Shown: positions 38,851 to 48,028 of the stretch, one piece after another
Numbering within the stretch: position 1 is the first letter of the stretch
How the letters are laid out: every line of letters starts with the position of its first letter
Virus record (IMG/VR): IMGVR_UViG_3300048588_000891
Span: 3,563-67,562 of that record
Reading direction: 5' to 3' (one strand)
Origin: a virus
Length of the DNA stretch: 64,000 nucleotides
Made by a program: the position numbers and the translations under genes
Notes under the pieces: model-generated
What the model saw: the letters and a program-made list of their open reading frames with translations, nothing else
The model's database searches: none
What the model was told of the DNA's origin: nothing

Positions 38851-39276
38851 TTATTTGCTCTCAGCGTCTTTGACCACGACAGTCACTGATGGATCGTCGA
38901 CCAGCGTCATGGTCACGATCTTGGATTCGGGATCAATACCTGTCGCGCGGACATTCATATCGCGATAGACGAAATCCTTGCCTTCGGCAGCAGCGACAGA
39001 GACCAAATCAAAGTCAGTGGGCTGCACTTCAAGCAAGATACCCGCTGGGGCCTCGCTGCTCAACTCCATCAACCTGGTCGTCCGTATATTTTGGGGCAGA
39101 GCGGCGATATCGAGTTTCAGATTATCGCCAAGGAGTTCTTCCATCCTGGCGGTCGATAGCATTGTTTCTGACAAGGCTACTTCCTGAAGCTGCTTGCCCA
39201 GGCCACCGCCGCCAGCTGACCCACCAGAAAACGCTGTGCCCGATATTAAAAGCAACGCAAGCAAGTATATTTTCAT
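38851..39276 (-). CDS. Secreted protein 2 with Gly-rich mature N-terminus (GGSAGGGGLGKQLQ)
   Basis: Signal peptide MKIYLLALLLISGTAFS; ATGA overlap with regulator 2. Confidence 0.85.
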   Translation of the reverse strand: MKIYLLALLLISGTAFSGGSAGGGGLGKQLQEVALSETMLSTARMEELLGDNLKLDIAALPQNIRTTRLMELSSEAPAGILLEVQPTDFDLVSVAAAEGKDFVYRDMNVRATGIDPESKIVTMTLVDDPSVTVVVKDAESK

Positions 39277-40004
39277 TCTCCACCTCTCAGGAACGATCCC
39301 ACGATCGAGAGCAGCAGTGCGTTCTGATCTCCAGGATGCTCTTTTGCTAGTTTAAGACTGTCATCAAGGTATCGTCTCGTCAGGTCTCTGTGCTTTTCTT
39401 TTCCGATTTCGCTTAAAGCCATTGTAATATGATAGAGGAAACCGCCTTGGGCAATTTCGTCAGTAGTCCATGAGTTCAGGTGCATTAAAGCTTTCGCTTT
39501 AGAGTCCGAAATCTTGGGATAGTATAGATACTCTTCAGATTGCTTAAGTTTGCCATTCACCAATCTAACAAGGCCAGCATCAAGAAGAAGCTCGACACGT
39601 CGAGGTACAATGTAATCTCCGAAAGTCGCTTGAAGCTTTTCAGGTGTAACTCCAGATGGAAGAGCAGCCATCGCAAGTATGAAATGATCTGGTGATTCCC
39701 ATTCAAATTCATCGCTGGTTATCACCGTTTTGGTTTCGTCTTTGCTCCAGTTGTTCTTTACCACAAGCCAGAATTTTTCCTCAGTGTGCTTATCCACCAA
39801 AGACATGACGTCTTTGAATGGCATAAACACAAGAAGTAGTGACGTAATTTTTTCCAGTGAAGTTTTCTGCACTTCACCTTGAATTATAGATCTAGCTGTT
39901 GAAAAAGGCATTCCAGCAGACCTTGCAAGAGCAGCGGTTGACAGATGCGGATTCTCTGTCAAATACCGCTTGATAAGCTCGCGTGCTTCCTCTAGGAGAG
40001 TCAT
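39273..40004 (-). CDS. XRE-like HTH regulator 2 (paralog of regulator 1)
   Basis: LSTAALARSAGMPFSTARSIIQGEVQKTS HTH; central wHTH-like LLDAGLVRLVNGKL; likely start MTLLEE at 40004. Confidence 0.78.
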   Translation of the reverse strand: MTLLEEARELIKRYLTENPHLSTAALARSAGMPFSTARSIIQGEVQKTSLEKITSLLLVFMPFKDVMSLVDKHTEEKFWLVVKNNWSKDETKTVITSDEFEWESPDHFILAMAALPSGVTPEKLQATFGDYIVPRRVELLLDAGLVRLVNGKLKQSEEYLYYPKISDSKAKALMHLNSWTTDEIAQGGFLYHITMALSEIGKEKHRDLTRRYLDDSLKLAKEHPGDQNALLLSIVGSFLRGGE

Positions 40005-40383
40005 GTTGAGTAATCCCTGCCGATTATTTGTTAACAATCGTTGTTACTCTATTACCAATCACTGTTTTTCTCAATGAAAGACACACTCAGATCTTGCGGC
40101 TATTCACAGTCAGTTTATAACTGCCAACACAAAGCTTGAAAGTCTTGTGGGATAAGGAAAGGAGGACTTATCGCATTCGATTAAAGAGAGGCAAGGACGA
40201 CACAAACCCATGATCAGCTCTTGTTTGGCGACTCCAGCTGATAAGTGTTTTTCAGCAGCGTCCTTGATGTGAAAGTTATCTCTATTAACCTTCAACGTCA
40301 AGTGCGTGTCACCCGATATACGTCTTTCCCTCTCACCCTAGTTCAATAGAAAAACCGCCATGAGCGAATGAATCCATGTCGCC

Positions 40384-41508
40384 GTGGGTGCCGAACCCTA
40401 TTGTCAAAAGGAGATGAGCAGGATGGGACGAGCGAGCAGGAAAGACTGCGCAACGAGCCTAGAGATAGTGAGACTCGTCGACGATTCCATATGGAGTCGC
40501 TTTCAGACAGAATACCCGCATGGTTTGGTGATTGGCCGGGACGAACTCACTCTCCTTAAGGGATTGGCCGCCAATGGGCAGGCCGCCACAGTCATCACTG
40601 GGGAAACCGGCACTGGAAAGGAGGAGATAGCTAAACTTCTCCACCGCTTTCGATGCGATCGAGAGGGAAGCATCCCATTCGTCGTCGTGAACTGCGCGAC
40701 CATTGCTGAAAGCCTTTGCGAATCTCTTCTTTTTGGCCATAGACGCGGAGCGTTCACAGGCGCGGACTCTTCGACAAACGGATACATTCAAGATGCCAAT
40801 GGCGGCATCTTGTTCCTGGATGAGATCCACACCCTCTCCATATCTATCCAGCAGAAGCTTCTGCGGGTTATGAACGACGGAACATTCAACCGACTTGGGG
40901 AAACCTCCCAGCTCCAGAGCCGATTTCAGCTGGTTGCTGCTTCTACAAGGGACCTGGATGATGAAGTCGATGCGGGGCGATTCCTTCTCGATCTCAGAAG
41001 CAGACTGACTGGCATTGATATACACCTATTGCCTCTTCGGGATCGCAAGGCAGACCTACCTGCGCTGGTCGCGCGCCGCTTGTCGGATAATGGTGTTTCG
41101 ATCAGCGGAGATCTGCTTGCGCGGCTGGTTGAATACCTTGCGCAATTTCATTGGCGTGGAAACATACGCCAGCTTTTCAAAGCTATCGACACCTGGATCC
41201 TTGCTTCGACGATGAAAGGGATTCCCCTGTGTATCTCCAGATTCCCTGTTTTCAAAGGAATGCTGGAACCTACCGCAAAAAAACAAATCGGAAATGGCGA
41301 GGCGTTTGAGCCAAACATAGAGCTTTTTGCTTCGATCTTGGCAGGACGGAACCTTGTCGAAACTCTTGAAGCTGTAGAAAGTTTGATGATCAGCGAAGCC
41401 ATTAAAAACCATAGAACCATCGGCGACGCGGCGAGAGCGCTTGGTGTACCTCGGTCTACGATTGATACCAAGAGACGGAAGTATGGGCTGGCTGGTTCAG
41501 TTGTGTGA
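40384..41508 (+). CDS. Sigma54-dependent enhancer-binding activator lacking a receiver domain
   Basis: GETGTGKE, ESLLFGHRRGAFTGA, LFLDEI, WRGNIRQL, C-terminal Fis HTH AARALGVPRSTI. Confidence 0.95.
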   Translation: MGAEPYCQKEMSRMGRASRKDCATSLEIVRLVDDSIWSRFQTEYPHGLVIGRDELTLLKGLAANGQAATVITGETGTGKEEIAKLLHRFRCDREGSIPFVVVNCATIAESLCESLLFGHRRGAFTGADSSTNGYIQDANGGILFLDEIHTLSISIQQKLLRVMNDGTFNRLGETSQLQSRFQLVAASTRDLDDEVDAGRFLLDLRSRLTGIDIHLLPLRDRKADLPALVARRLSDNGVSISGDLLARLVEYLAQFHWRGNIRQLFKAIDTWILASTMKGIPLCISRFPVFKGMLEPTAKKQIGNGEAFEPNIELFASILAGRNLVETLEAVESLMISEAIKNHRTIGDAARALGVPRSTIDTKRRKYGLAGSVV

Positions 41509-41536
41509 ACTTTTGAAATCCATAAAAGGAGTGCTC

Positions 41537-42211
41537 ATGGAAAGAAAACTGTCAGTTGTATTTGTGGGTCTGATTCTCTCTTCTGTTTCGCTTGCGGGGC
41601 AGGGAAGTGGCAGCGGTTTGGGCTTGCAAGGTACTGGTCTGGGTGGTGGTGGAACACTAACAATGGGTGGCTCCATTGGTGGTGATTTCCCTAGCGTCAG
41701 CGGAACTGTAGTTGGTGGCAGCGGTGCCCGTAGTATGACGGATGGCAGTCTAGGAGGAAGCGGCGGTACACCGGCTGTAATGGATGGATCCATTGGTGGT
41801 GGCGGCGGCACACCAGCCCTGACAGGCAGCGGCATCGGCGGCGGTGGCCTTGGTTTGCAGGGCAGAACCACTGGCGGCGGTTCACCCCCTGCTCTAACGG
41901 GTGGCAACATCCACGGTCGTAGTGCTCGATTGCAAGGTTGGGGCACGAGTGGCGGCACCCCACCTGCAGTAGCGGACGGTATTAGCGGCGGCGATACACC
42001 AGAGGTCGAAGAATTCAGCGGGCAAACGGGTGGCGGCGGTGGTGCTGGACTTTGCAGCAGCGATGCCGAGCAGCTAGCAAATTCCACTCTGACCCCGAAT
42101 CTCGCGATCGTGGTCGGTGGTCTTCCTGCTCAAGTTTCGCCCACGTATATTGCGGCAATTTCCATGCAATATCGCTCACACGCTGATGTCTGTGAAGCGA
42201 CTGAAGACTAA
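41537..42211 (+). CDS. Secreted protein made of about 12 tandem variant Gly-rich peptides
   Basis: AAGGAG RBS; signal peptide ending SLA; units such as GSIGGGGGTPALT, GSGIGGGGLGLQ, GRTTGGGSPPALT, GWGTSGGTPPAVAD. Confidence 0.85.
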   Translation: MERKLSVVFVGLILSSVSLAGQGSGSGLGLQGTGLGGGGTLTMGGSIGGDFPSVSGTVVGGSGARSMTDGSLGGSGGTPAVMDGSIGGGGGTPALTGSGIGGGGLGLQGRTTGGGSPPALTGGNIHGRSARLQGWGTSGGTPPAVADGISGGDTPEVEEFSGQTGGGGGAGLCSSDAEQLANSTLTPNLAIVVGGLPAQVSPTYIAAISMQYRSHADVCEATED

Positions 42212-42417
42212 TGCAAGTACAGGATTTTATCTATCTAGGGTTACAGCGATCAGCAGATTTATCGGCAGCTGCTGCACGAGCACGACTCAAATGCAAGCAG
42301 CAGCGAGTAGCCGATTTAGATAAGAATTTTTTGCAGAACTCAAATTCGGGGTTGGATGCCTTTTCAAGCAATCAACAACGAGGTTTTATTAAACCCAGTC
42401 ATTTAAAGGACTTTCTC

Positions 42418-43104
42418 ATGAAGATTGCGAACAGACAGATTCTGGCTTTCATCGTTTCGGCCATTGCTGTAACCACTGCTTACGGCAAGGATCAGGCAAG
42501 GGATGGAGCGCGGCTAATCAACGATGAGTACCAAATTTTTGTCAACAATCTACCTGTCGCTGACAACGATTATGATGCAATGCTTGCAAAAGAACTCTGC
42601 GGCTTTCAGATATTCACGGAATGGGGTGGACAATATATGTCCATAATCAAAAGCACGCCGAACCTTGAAATATCTGACATCCAGCCCGTGACCGACCTTG
42701 TTGTCCGCCTGGAAAAAATTCAGGATGGCTTTAATGAAGCCAAATCAATTTTTCCTGAGCACTACAGACAATTCAGAACGGGGCTTCTTACTATGAGGTC
42801 TCAGGGAGCCCTCGCGGCTGAAGCCTCCGCACAAGGTCTCACTCTCGCTGATCCCAAGAAAGATCAACTTAAAGCAGCTTTCAGTCAATGCCACGAAGAC
42901 AACTTCGTAAACAATGCAGTCTTTCGAGTGCAAGCGAGCTTCTGGAGTGAAACTATCAGTTACTCGTCTGCAAGGCCGGGAACGATCGGGGTAACATGGG
43001 GCGTGAGCGGCAGCGGGACCCCAAGCTATGTGGTCACACCTGGAGAGATCGTCGTTTCATCGTCGAAGAGAAGTAGTTTCCTCAGAAAAGCTTTGATGTG
43101 GTGA
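42418..43104 (+). CDS. Secreted hypothetical protein
   Basis: AAGGA RBS; signal peptide ending AYG. Confidence 0.7.
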   Translation: MKIANRQILAFIVSAIAVTTAYGKDQARDGARLINDEYQIFVNNLPVADNDYDAMLAKELCGFQIFTEWGGQYMSIIKSTPNLEISDIQPVTDLVVRLEKIQDGFNEAKSIFPEHYRQFRTGLLTMRSQGALAAEASAQGLTLADPKKDQLKAAFSQCHEDNFVNNAVFRVQASFWSETISYSSARPGTIGVTWGVSGSGTPSYVVTPGEIVVSSSKRSSFLRKALMW

Positions 43105-43146
43105 TCGAAGTCCCGTAAGCGATTAACCAACAAGGATCATGGATTT

Positions 43147-44370
43147 ATGCGAAAGACAGAAATTTTACTTATCCTTTCCCTGGCAGTTCCGGCTTGCCAT
43201 TCCAAAGACCAAAATCGAGTCGTCGTCAATGATGGTGAAGAGATTCTTGGACTGCGTCCACAGCGAGTCGATGTAGATAGCCTAGTTGCGCAGCTTGATA
43301 CAGTTAACGGAGGCCGGGATGGGATCGACGAACGACCGGATTTTGCAAAGCCGATTCCGTTCCTTGAAGCGCTTCATCCAGCTCTGCCAAAACTCCTAGA
43401 ATCTCCAAGCTACATAGGGAAGTACAAGTTCATAGCTTTCAAGAAAATCCCTGATCCTGTTAGAAATGACATCATCGCTGTAACAAGTGAACGGTCCAAT
43501 GGCTATGCTCTCCTGATGAAAGCTCAGTGGCAACGGCTTTTCGATAGTCAGGATCGAGGCATTACCATTGGAATGCTCGAAACGAAGCCAGATGCACGCA
43601 TATCAGGAGTCTACTCCGATAAGGGGAGACTGTTAGGTGTCGATGTGCTGGCAGCCGAGGGCACGATTACGCATGAGCTTAGACATGCCGATCAGTTTGA
43701 TGCGTATAGGCCGTACCGGAAAGGGAAGCTTCCCGGTGTTGACGATGAGTGTTACTCGAGACTGCATAGTATGTTCGCGGAAGTTGATGCGACCAATGTT
43801 GAACTGCCGACGTGGCTTGGAACCATGAATCGGGTGACTTTTGACGCAGAGTGGTATAGCGATAGAGACAAGGTTCTGTCCATGGAGCGGGATCCGGTCA
43901 ATTATCCATTCGCGCAAGATTTCTCCACAGTTCTTAGTTATCCAGCGTCAGTGTCGTATGCAGTGACGCTAGTCAACTCATGCCCACAGCCAATCAAGGA
44001 TTTCGCAAAGAAAGTTTACGTAAGAATGCAGCAAGCCCAGGAGGAATTGCGGCCAGTCTCTGCACTTGTGGGTGGTAATAGGGGCAGCGTCTTTATTGGA
44101 TGGAAAAGTTTTTACGGTCGCTGTTACTTCGATGGAACGGCTGCTGACGACAAGACCACCGACCAAAGCTGCATGCGCGACAAGCTTACGAATGAGCGGA
44201 TCGCGCGGCAGAACTACGAAATGTTGAAAGAATTCGATCCGATATTGAAGCAGGAAATAGACACCCGAACGGCGGATCTGACTGCGATCTATAAGGAAGC
44301 TCCCATGTTCGAGGATTTCTGCAGGGAGATGCCAGGATTCCGGTTTTACGTGAACTGTCAAAACCAGTAG
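43147..44370 (+). CDS. Lipoprotein with HExxH zinc-metalloprotease motif
   Basis: Lipobox VPAC; THELRHADQ with a downstream EVDA glutamate. Confidence 0.7.
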   Translation: MRKTEILLILSLAVPACHSKDQNRVVVNDGEEILGLRPQRVDVDSLVAQLDTVNGGRDGIDERPDFAKPIPFLEALHPALPKLLESPSYIGKYKFIAFKKIPDPVRNDIIAVTSERSNGYALLMKAQWQRLFDSQDRGITIGMLETKPDARISGVYSDKGRLLGVDVLAAEGTITHELRHADQFDAYRPYRKGKLPGVDDECYSRLHSMFAEVDATNVELPTWLGTMNRVTFDAEWYSDRDKVLSMERDPVNYPFAQDFSTVLSYPASVSYAVTLVNSCPQPIKDFAKKVYVRMQQAQEELRPVSALVGGNRGSVFIGWKSFYGRCYFDGTAADDKTTDQSCMRDKLTNERIARQNYEMLKEFDPILKQEIDTRTADLTAIYKEAPMFEDFCREMPGFRFYVNCQNQ

Positions 44371-44403
44371 TCAATCCAAAATCTTTCAAAGGACGTTTTA
44401 AAA

Positions 44404-45933
44404 ATGATGAAAAAAATATCTGTGATGCTTGCTCTGGCAAGCACGCCATGGAACCTTGTTGCCGAAACACTGTATCCAAAATCGCTGCCGCCGCGTTATT
44501 ACGGTCTCGATCAAGTTCGCTCTCCTTCCTGTCAGTCCGAGGCAGAAGCCCATGCGCTGGAGCAGGCATTTGCCAATAAAGGCGCGAAGGTCATGATCTC
44601 ATCGTGGCACCGGAACTATAAGAATTGGTATGGCAAGGACCTATCAATCCCGAGAATTAGACCCCTCACTCCCGAGGACGACGCAATCGTTAAGGCCACC
44701 CCCTCCCTCATTCCTGACTTCATGTATCCAGCTCCGGATTTCAGAACCGGAAACGCTGGTGGTTGGCGACCAAATATGTCTCTCATATCCAGCATCGACG
44801 TGAGCTTCGCAAGCGATACCGCCACTGGTTTTGAAAAGCAAATAAAATCATTCGAGACGCAGGATTCGGGCCAACCTTATAGCCCTAAGTTTGATGGCAG
44901 AAACACAGCCGATCTCATCAATGCAATAAGAGCTGGTAAGGCCCTAACGCTCTCTATCCACTCGCAAGTCCTCTCACTTTTTGACCATGACACTGGACTT
45001 CTGACAAAAAGATATGACCACGATTCCTTCCTGGCTTCGCTCTCACACAGAAACGAATCGTCTGAAGACACTCTCATCGACCGATATATCGAGGACGCCC
45101 GCAGGGTCAGTCAGGGCTGGCAGAATGAGCAGGATCTCCCCCTCTATGCCTCCGAAAAAAACCATGCACTTGCTGTGGTCGGTTACGACTCTGAATTCTA
45201 TCGGAGCGAATATCCGGCAAACCCTGGAGCGCTGATTGTCCGTAACTCATGGAACGAGCAGAGTTTCATTGCCTCAAGTGAGTCCCAATATACCGCCAGC
45301 CAGAAGGCAGGAGATCTGGAGCGATTCAGATATCCCCTTTATAGAGCCATGACAGGTGGTGTCGGCGCCGTGCGTAACATGCCAGGATACTATGCACTCC
45401 CTATGCAGTACGTGCAGGATATGATCAATTTCCAATGGCCGAACTCAGCAAAGCGGGGCGTAGGGGAATACTATATCCTCGAAGTAGCCCACCCTGATGT
45501 CTTTATTCAGGCATACAATGCAGCTTCCGCGCAGTACACCGTTATGCGGATCCCTTTCACCTGCGATAAAACTGCGGGAAGAAACAAAGTGAGTAACTAT
45601 GCTTTCTTTCTTGAGGAAGAACCGCAAACAGCATCTTCGATACTCGCTGCGGAGGCGCGGGGCCTCGGCGCAACCTTCAGGCTTGCCTACCTTCCAGTAC
45701 GGAATGGCGATAAGAGCATCGTAAGTCGTTTTCTAAGCGGTGGGTTCGATGACTACTTCTGCAAGTATGACCCAGACCAAACCAGCTTCGACCAGACATG
45801 GCCGGGCCGCTATACGAACGACGTTCCCGAGGTGTGGTCCGCCGTAGAAGGCATTTCTTCTCTTCCAAACAGCCTTCTTTCCTGGAGCAGATACCTGCGA
45901 ACAATGAACGAGAAAGGAGCCGCGAAATGGTAA
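44404..45933 (+). CDS. Secreted papain-like cysteine peptidase
   Basis: Signal peptide; DQVRSPSCQ, NHALAVVGYD, LIVRNSW. Confidence 0.82.
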   Translation: MMKKISVMLALASTPWNLVAETLYPKSLPPRYYGLDQVRSPSCQSEAEAHALEQAFANKGAKVMISSWHRNYKNWYGKDLSIPRIRPLTPEDDAIVKATPSLIPDFMYPAPDFRTGNAGGWRPNMSLISSIDVSFASDTATGFEKQIKSFETQDSGQPYSPKFDGRNTADLINAIRAGKALTLSIHSQVLSLFDHDTGLLTKRYDHDSFLASLSHRNESSEDTLIDRYIEDARRVSQGWQNEQDLPLYASEKNHALAVVGYDSEFYRSEYPANPGALIVRNSWNEQSFIASSESQYTASQKAGDLERFRYPLYRAMTGGVGAVRNMPGYYALPMQYVQDMINFQWPNSAKRGVGEYYILEVAHPDVFIQAYNAASAQYTVMRIPFTCDKTAGRNKVSNYAFFLEEEPQTASSILAAEARGLGATFRLAYLPVRNGDKSIVSRFLSGGFDDYFCKYDPDQTSFDQTWPGRYTNDVPEVWSAVEGISSLPNSLLSWSRYLRTMNEKGAAKW

Positions 45934-47255
45934 ATCACCCATGGCATTCACGAATCGTATTGGTCTGCATGTCGGCCGCAGTTTTTACCGTAGGGTGTGG
46001 AAAGGATGAGCCCCAGGCTCAGTCGAAGCTGGCTGCAACCATTGAAATGAATGAAAAGAGTGAAGTGCGAGGCGGCCTTGGGATCAATGTCGATACTGGA
46101 GATACGTTTGAGGAATGTATCGACATGGCGACTGCCGCATACAAGGCTGAAGACGGTCAACAGGATGCTATTGACGGCGATTCCTCGTCAGCATCACTTA
46201 AGGTCAGTGTGCAGTCACTCAACTCGTACCAGGACATCGACAAATTTACTGACGTAAATGTGTCGGCAAACATCAAGTCTGCAACTTATGGCGGTGGATT
46301 TAATTATAGCCAGACGGAAAAATATGCGATGACATCCGATCTTGCATCGGTTGGTATTCATGCCGCCGCTGACTATGGCCGCTGGTATCTTGTCAACCCC
46401 ACGCTCAAGCCAGAGTATCAGGAGCTGTACAAAAAGTCGCCTGAGAACTTTTTCAAGCGATGCGGTACGGAATTTGTGAGCGGCTATCGGCGCGGTCAGG
46501 GGATTTATGTTCTTCTGTCTACGACCAAAAAGAGCCTTGAAACCTATGAGAAGATCTCAGCCAGTGTCCAGGCGTCCGTTAATACCGGCGCGACGTCAGC
46601 GAATGCCTCTGCCTCCTTTCTCAACGTGGCCTCAGAGCTGCTCAAGATCGGAAGCTTGAATGTTGAAGTGAGGGCCTACGGGGCCGGTTCGATCAGCACG
46701 CTTCAGCAGCTGATCACAGCAAAGGCGGATGTTGAAAGTCTTGCTCAGCAAATCTCCAATTTAGTCGGGAACATGAAGCCGCAGCAGTCGTCCAGGTACG
46801 TGATGCTCACCAGTCCATACCCCGGAGTCGATTATTCCGGGTCAAAAGCCTCACCAATCATGCGGGAATATCGACGGTTCATCCTAAAGGGGCTTTTCTC
46901 TGACTATCGAAGACTTGAGCAGGACCTGGGTCGCGCAACAGGGATTGTTCGAGACGCTGACGTGCTCAAAAAGCAGCTGGGCGGCCTGTGTACCTTTCCT
47001 ATCAAAGAGAACAAGACCTGCGATCAGTTCCTTAATGAGCTTGACGATCTTAAGACGAAGATTGAAAAGGCTATCAAAAAGATCGAGGATCTATCCAAGG
47101 ATTGCGCTGCAGCAACCGAGATAGACAAATGCAAGTCTGCCAGCTCAGGCGACGTGCGAATTTCTGATCTCACTATCCGCACATGGGAGCAGCAATACCG
47201 ACGCCAGCTTGAAATAGAGTATATCAAGTATCTCAGAGATCCAAACAACTGGTAA
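45927..47255 (+). CDS. Lipoprotein, MACPF/CDC-like pore-forming candidate
   Basis: Lipobox TVGC; FFKRCGTEFVSGYRRG resembles the MACPF F..YGTH signature; alternating beta segments SASVQASVNTG. Confidence 0.6.
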   Translation: MVNHPWHSRIVLVCMSAAVFTVGCGKDEPQAQSKLAATIEMNEKSEVRGGLGINVDTGDTFEECIDMATAAYKAEDGQQDAIDGDSSSASLKVSVQSLNSYQDIDKFTDVNVSANIKSATYGGGFNYSQTEKYAMTSDLASVGIHAAADYGRWYLVNPTLKPEYQELYKKSPENFFKRCGTEFVSGYRRGQGIYVLLSTTKKSLETYEKISASVQASVNTGATSANASASFLNVASELLKIGSLNVEVRAYGAGSISTLQQLITAKADVESLAQQISNLVGNMKPQQSSRYVMLTSPYPGVDYSGSKASPIMREYRRFILKGLFSDYRRLEQDLGRATGIVRDADVLKKQLGGLCTFPIKENKTCDQFLNELDDLKTKIEKAIKKIEDLSKDCAAATEIDKCKSASSGDVRISDLTIRTWEQQYRRQLEIEYIKYLRDPNNW

Positions 47256-47322
47256 ACAACCCACTCTCTAATTGTCCTGCGGCCTAGGAATATGGCTGCA
47301 GGACTTTTTCGATCCAAATGTA

Positions 47323-47991
47323 ATGAGGGGAAATGCCTTGCGACTTTATCCGTTGCTATTGCCAATAGTGGGCTTGGTTGCAGCCTGCGGACGGTATGAG
47401 AGCGAAAGCCAGACATCCGTCGTAATTGGCTCTAATGATCTGTATGAAGCCTCGAGTGATTTGAGGCTTACCGATGCTCTCGGTCGAGTTCAGAAGGGGT
47501 GTACAGCATCCCACCTTGGGAACGGACTTGTCCTTACTGCCGGGCATTGCATCACAGCGAATGAATGTGCAGAAGCCTTTGACGTTACCTGGGGAAGGAC
47601 AGGCCAGAATCCGTCTGGAACACTTTCTTCTAAATGCGCCGGCATCGTTTACATTGAGGAATCAAACGAGAGAGACTTCGCGCTCTATAGAGTCGAACCT
47701 TATCCTGATATCAGCCTCGCGCTGTCAGATGTTGATATCGAATCAATTGGAGAAGTTTCGGCCTTTTCGTATCCAGGAAGCAGGAATCTTCTTAATTCGG
47801 GACCCTGCCAACTGCTGGGGCCAGACTTTGGTGATCGGTGGTTCCATAACTGTGACACTGAGAAGGGCAGCAGTGGAGCGCCTATACTAGATTCGGCTGG
47901 GCAAATAGTGGCAATTCATAATCGTGGATCAAATATTCTGTCCAAAAACTCGGGCACTAAGGCAGCCGCGATCCGAGCACAACTAGATTGA
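47323..47991 (+). CDS. Trypsin-like serine protease lipoprotein
   Basis: Lipobox VAAC; LTAGHC, RDFALY, DTEKGSSGAP. Confidence 0.92.
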   Translation: MRGNALRLYPLLLPIVGLVAACGRYESESQTSVVIGSNDLYEASSDLRLTDALGRVQKGCTASHLGNGLVLTAGHCITANECAEAFDVTWGRTGQNPSGTLSSKCAGIVYIEESNERDFALYRVEPYPDISLALSDVDIESIGEVSAFSYPGSRNLLNSGPCQLLGPDFGDRWFHNCDTEKGSSGAPILDSAGQIVAIHNRGSNILSKNSGTKAAAIRAQLD

Positions 47992-48028
47992 ATTCTTGAA
48001 CCATTCCAAATTTACTTTCGGAGCAAAT

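Noticed and set aside
41497-42087. Pro-rich minus-strand ORF
   Set aside because: Mirror of the Gly codons; the plus strand has the RBS and signal peptide.
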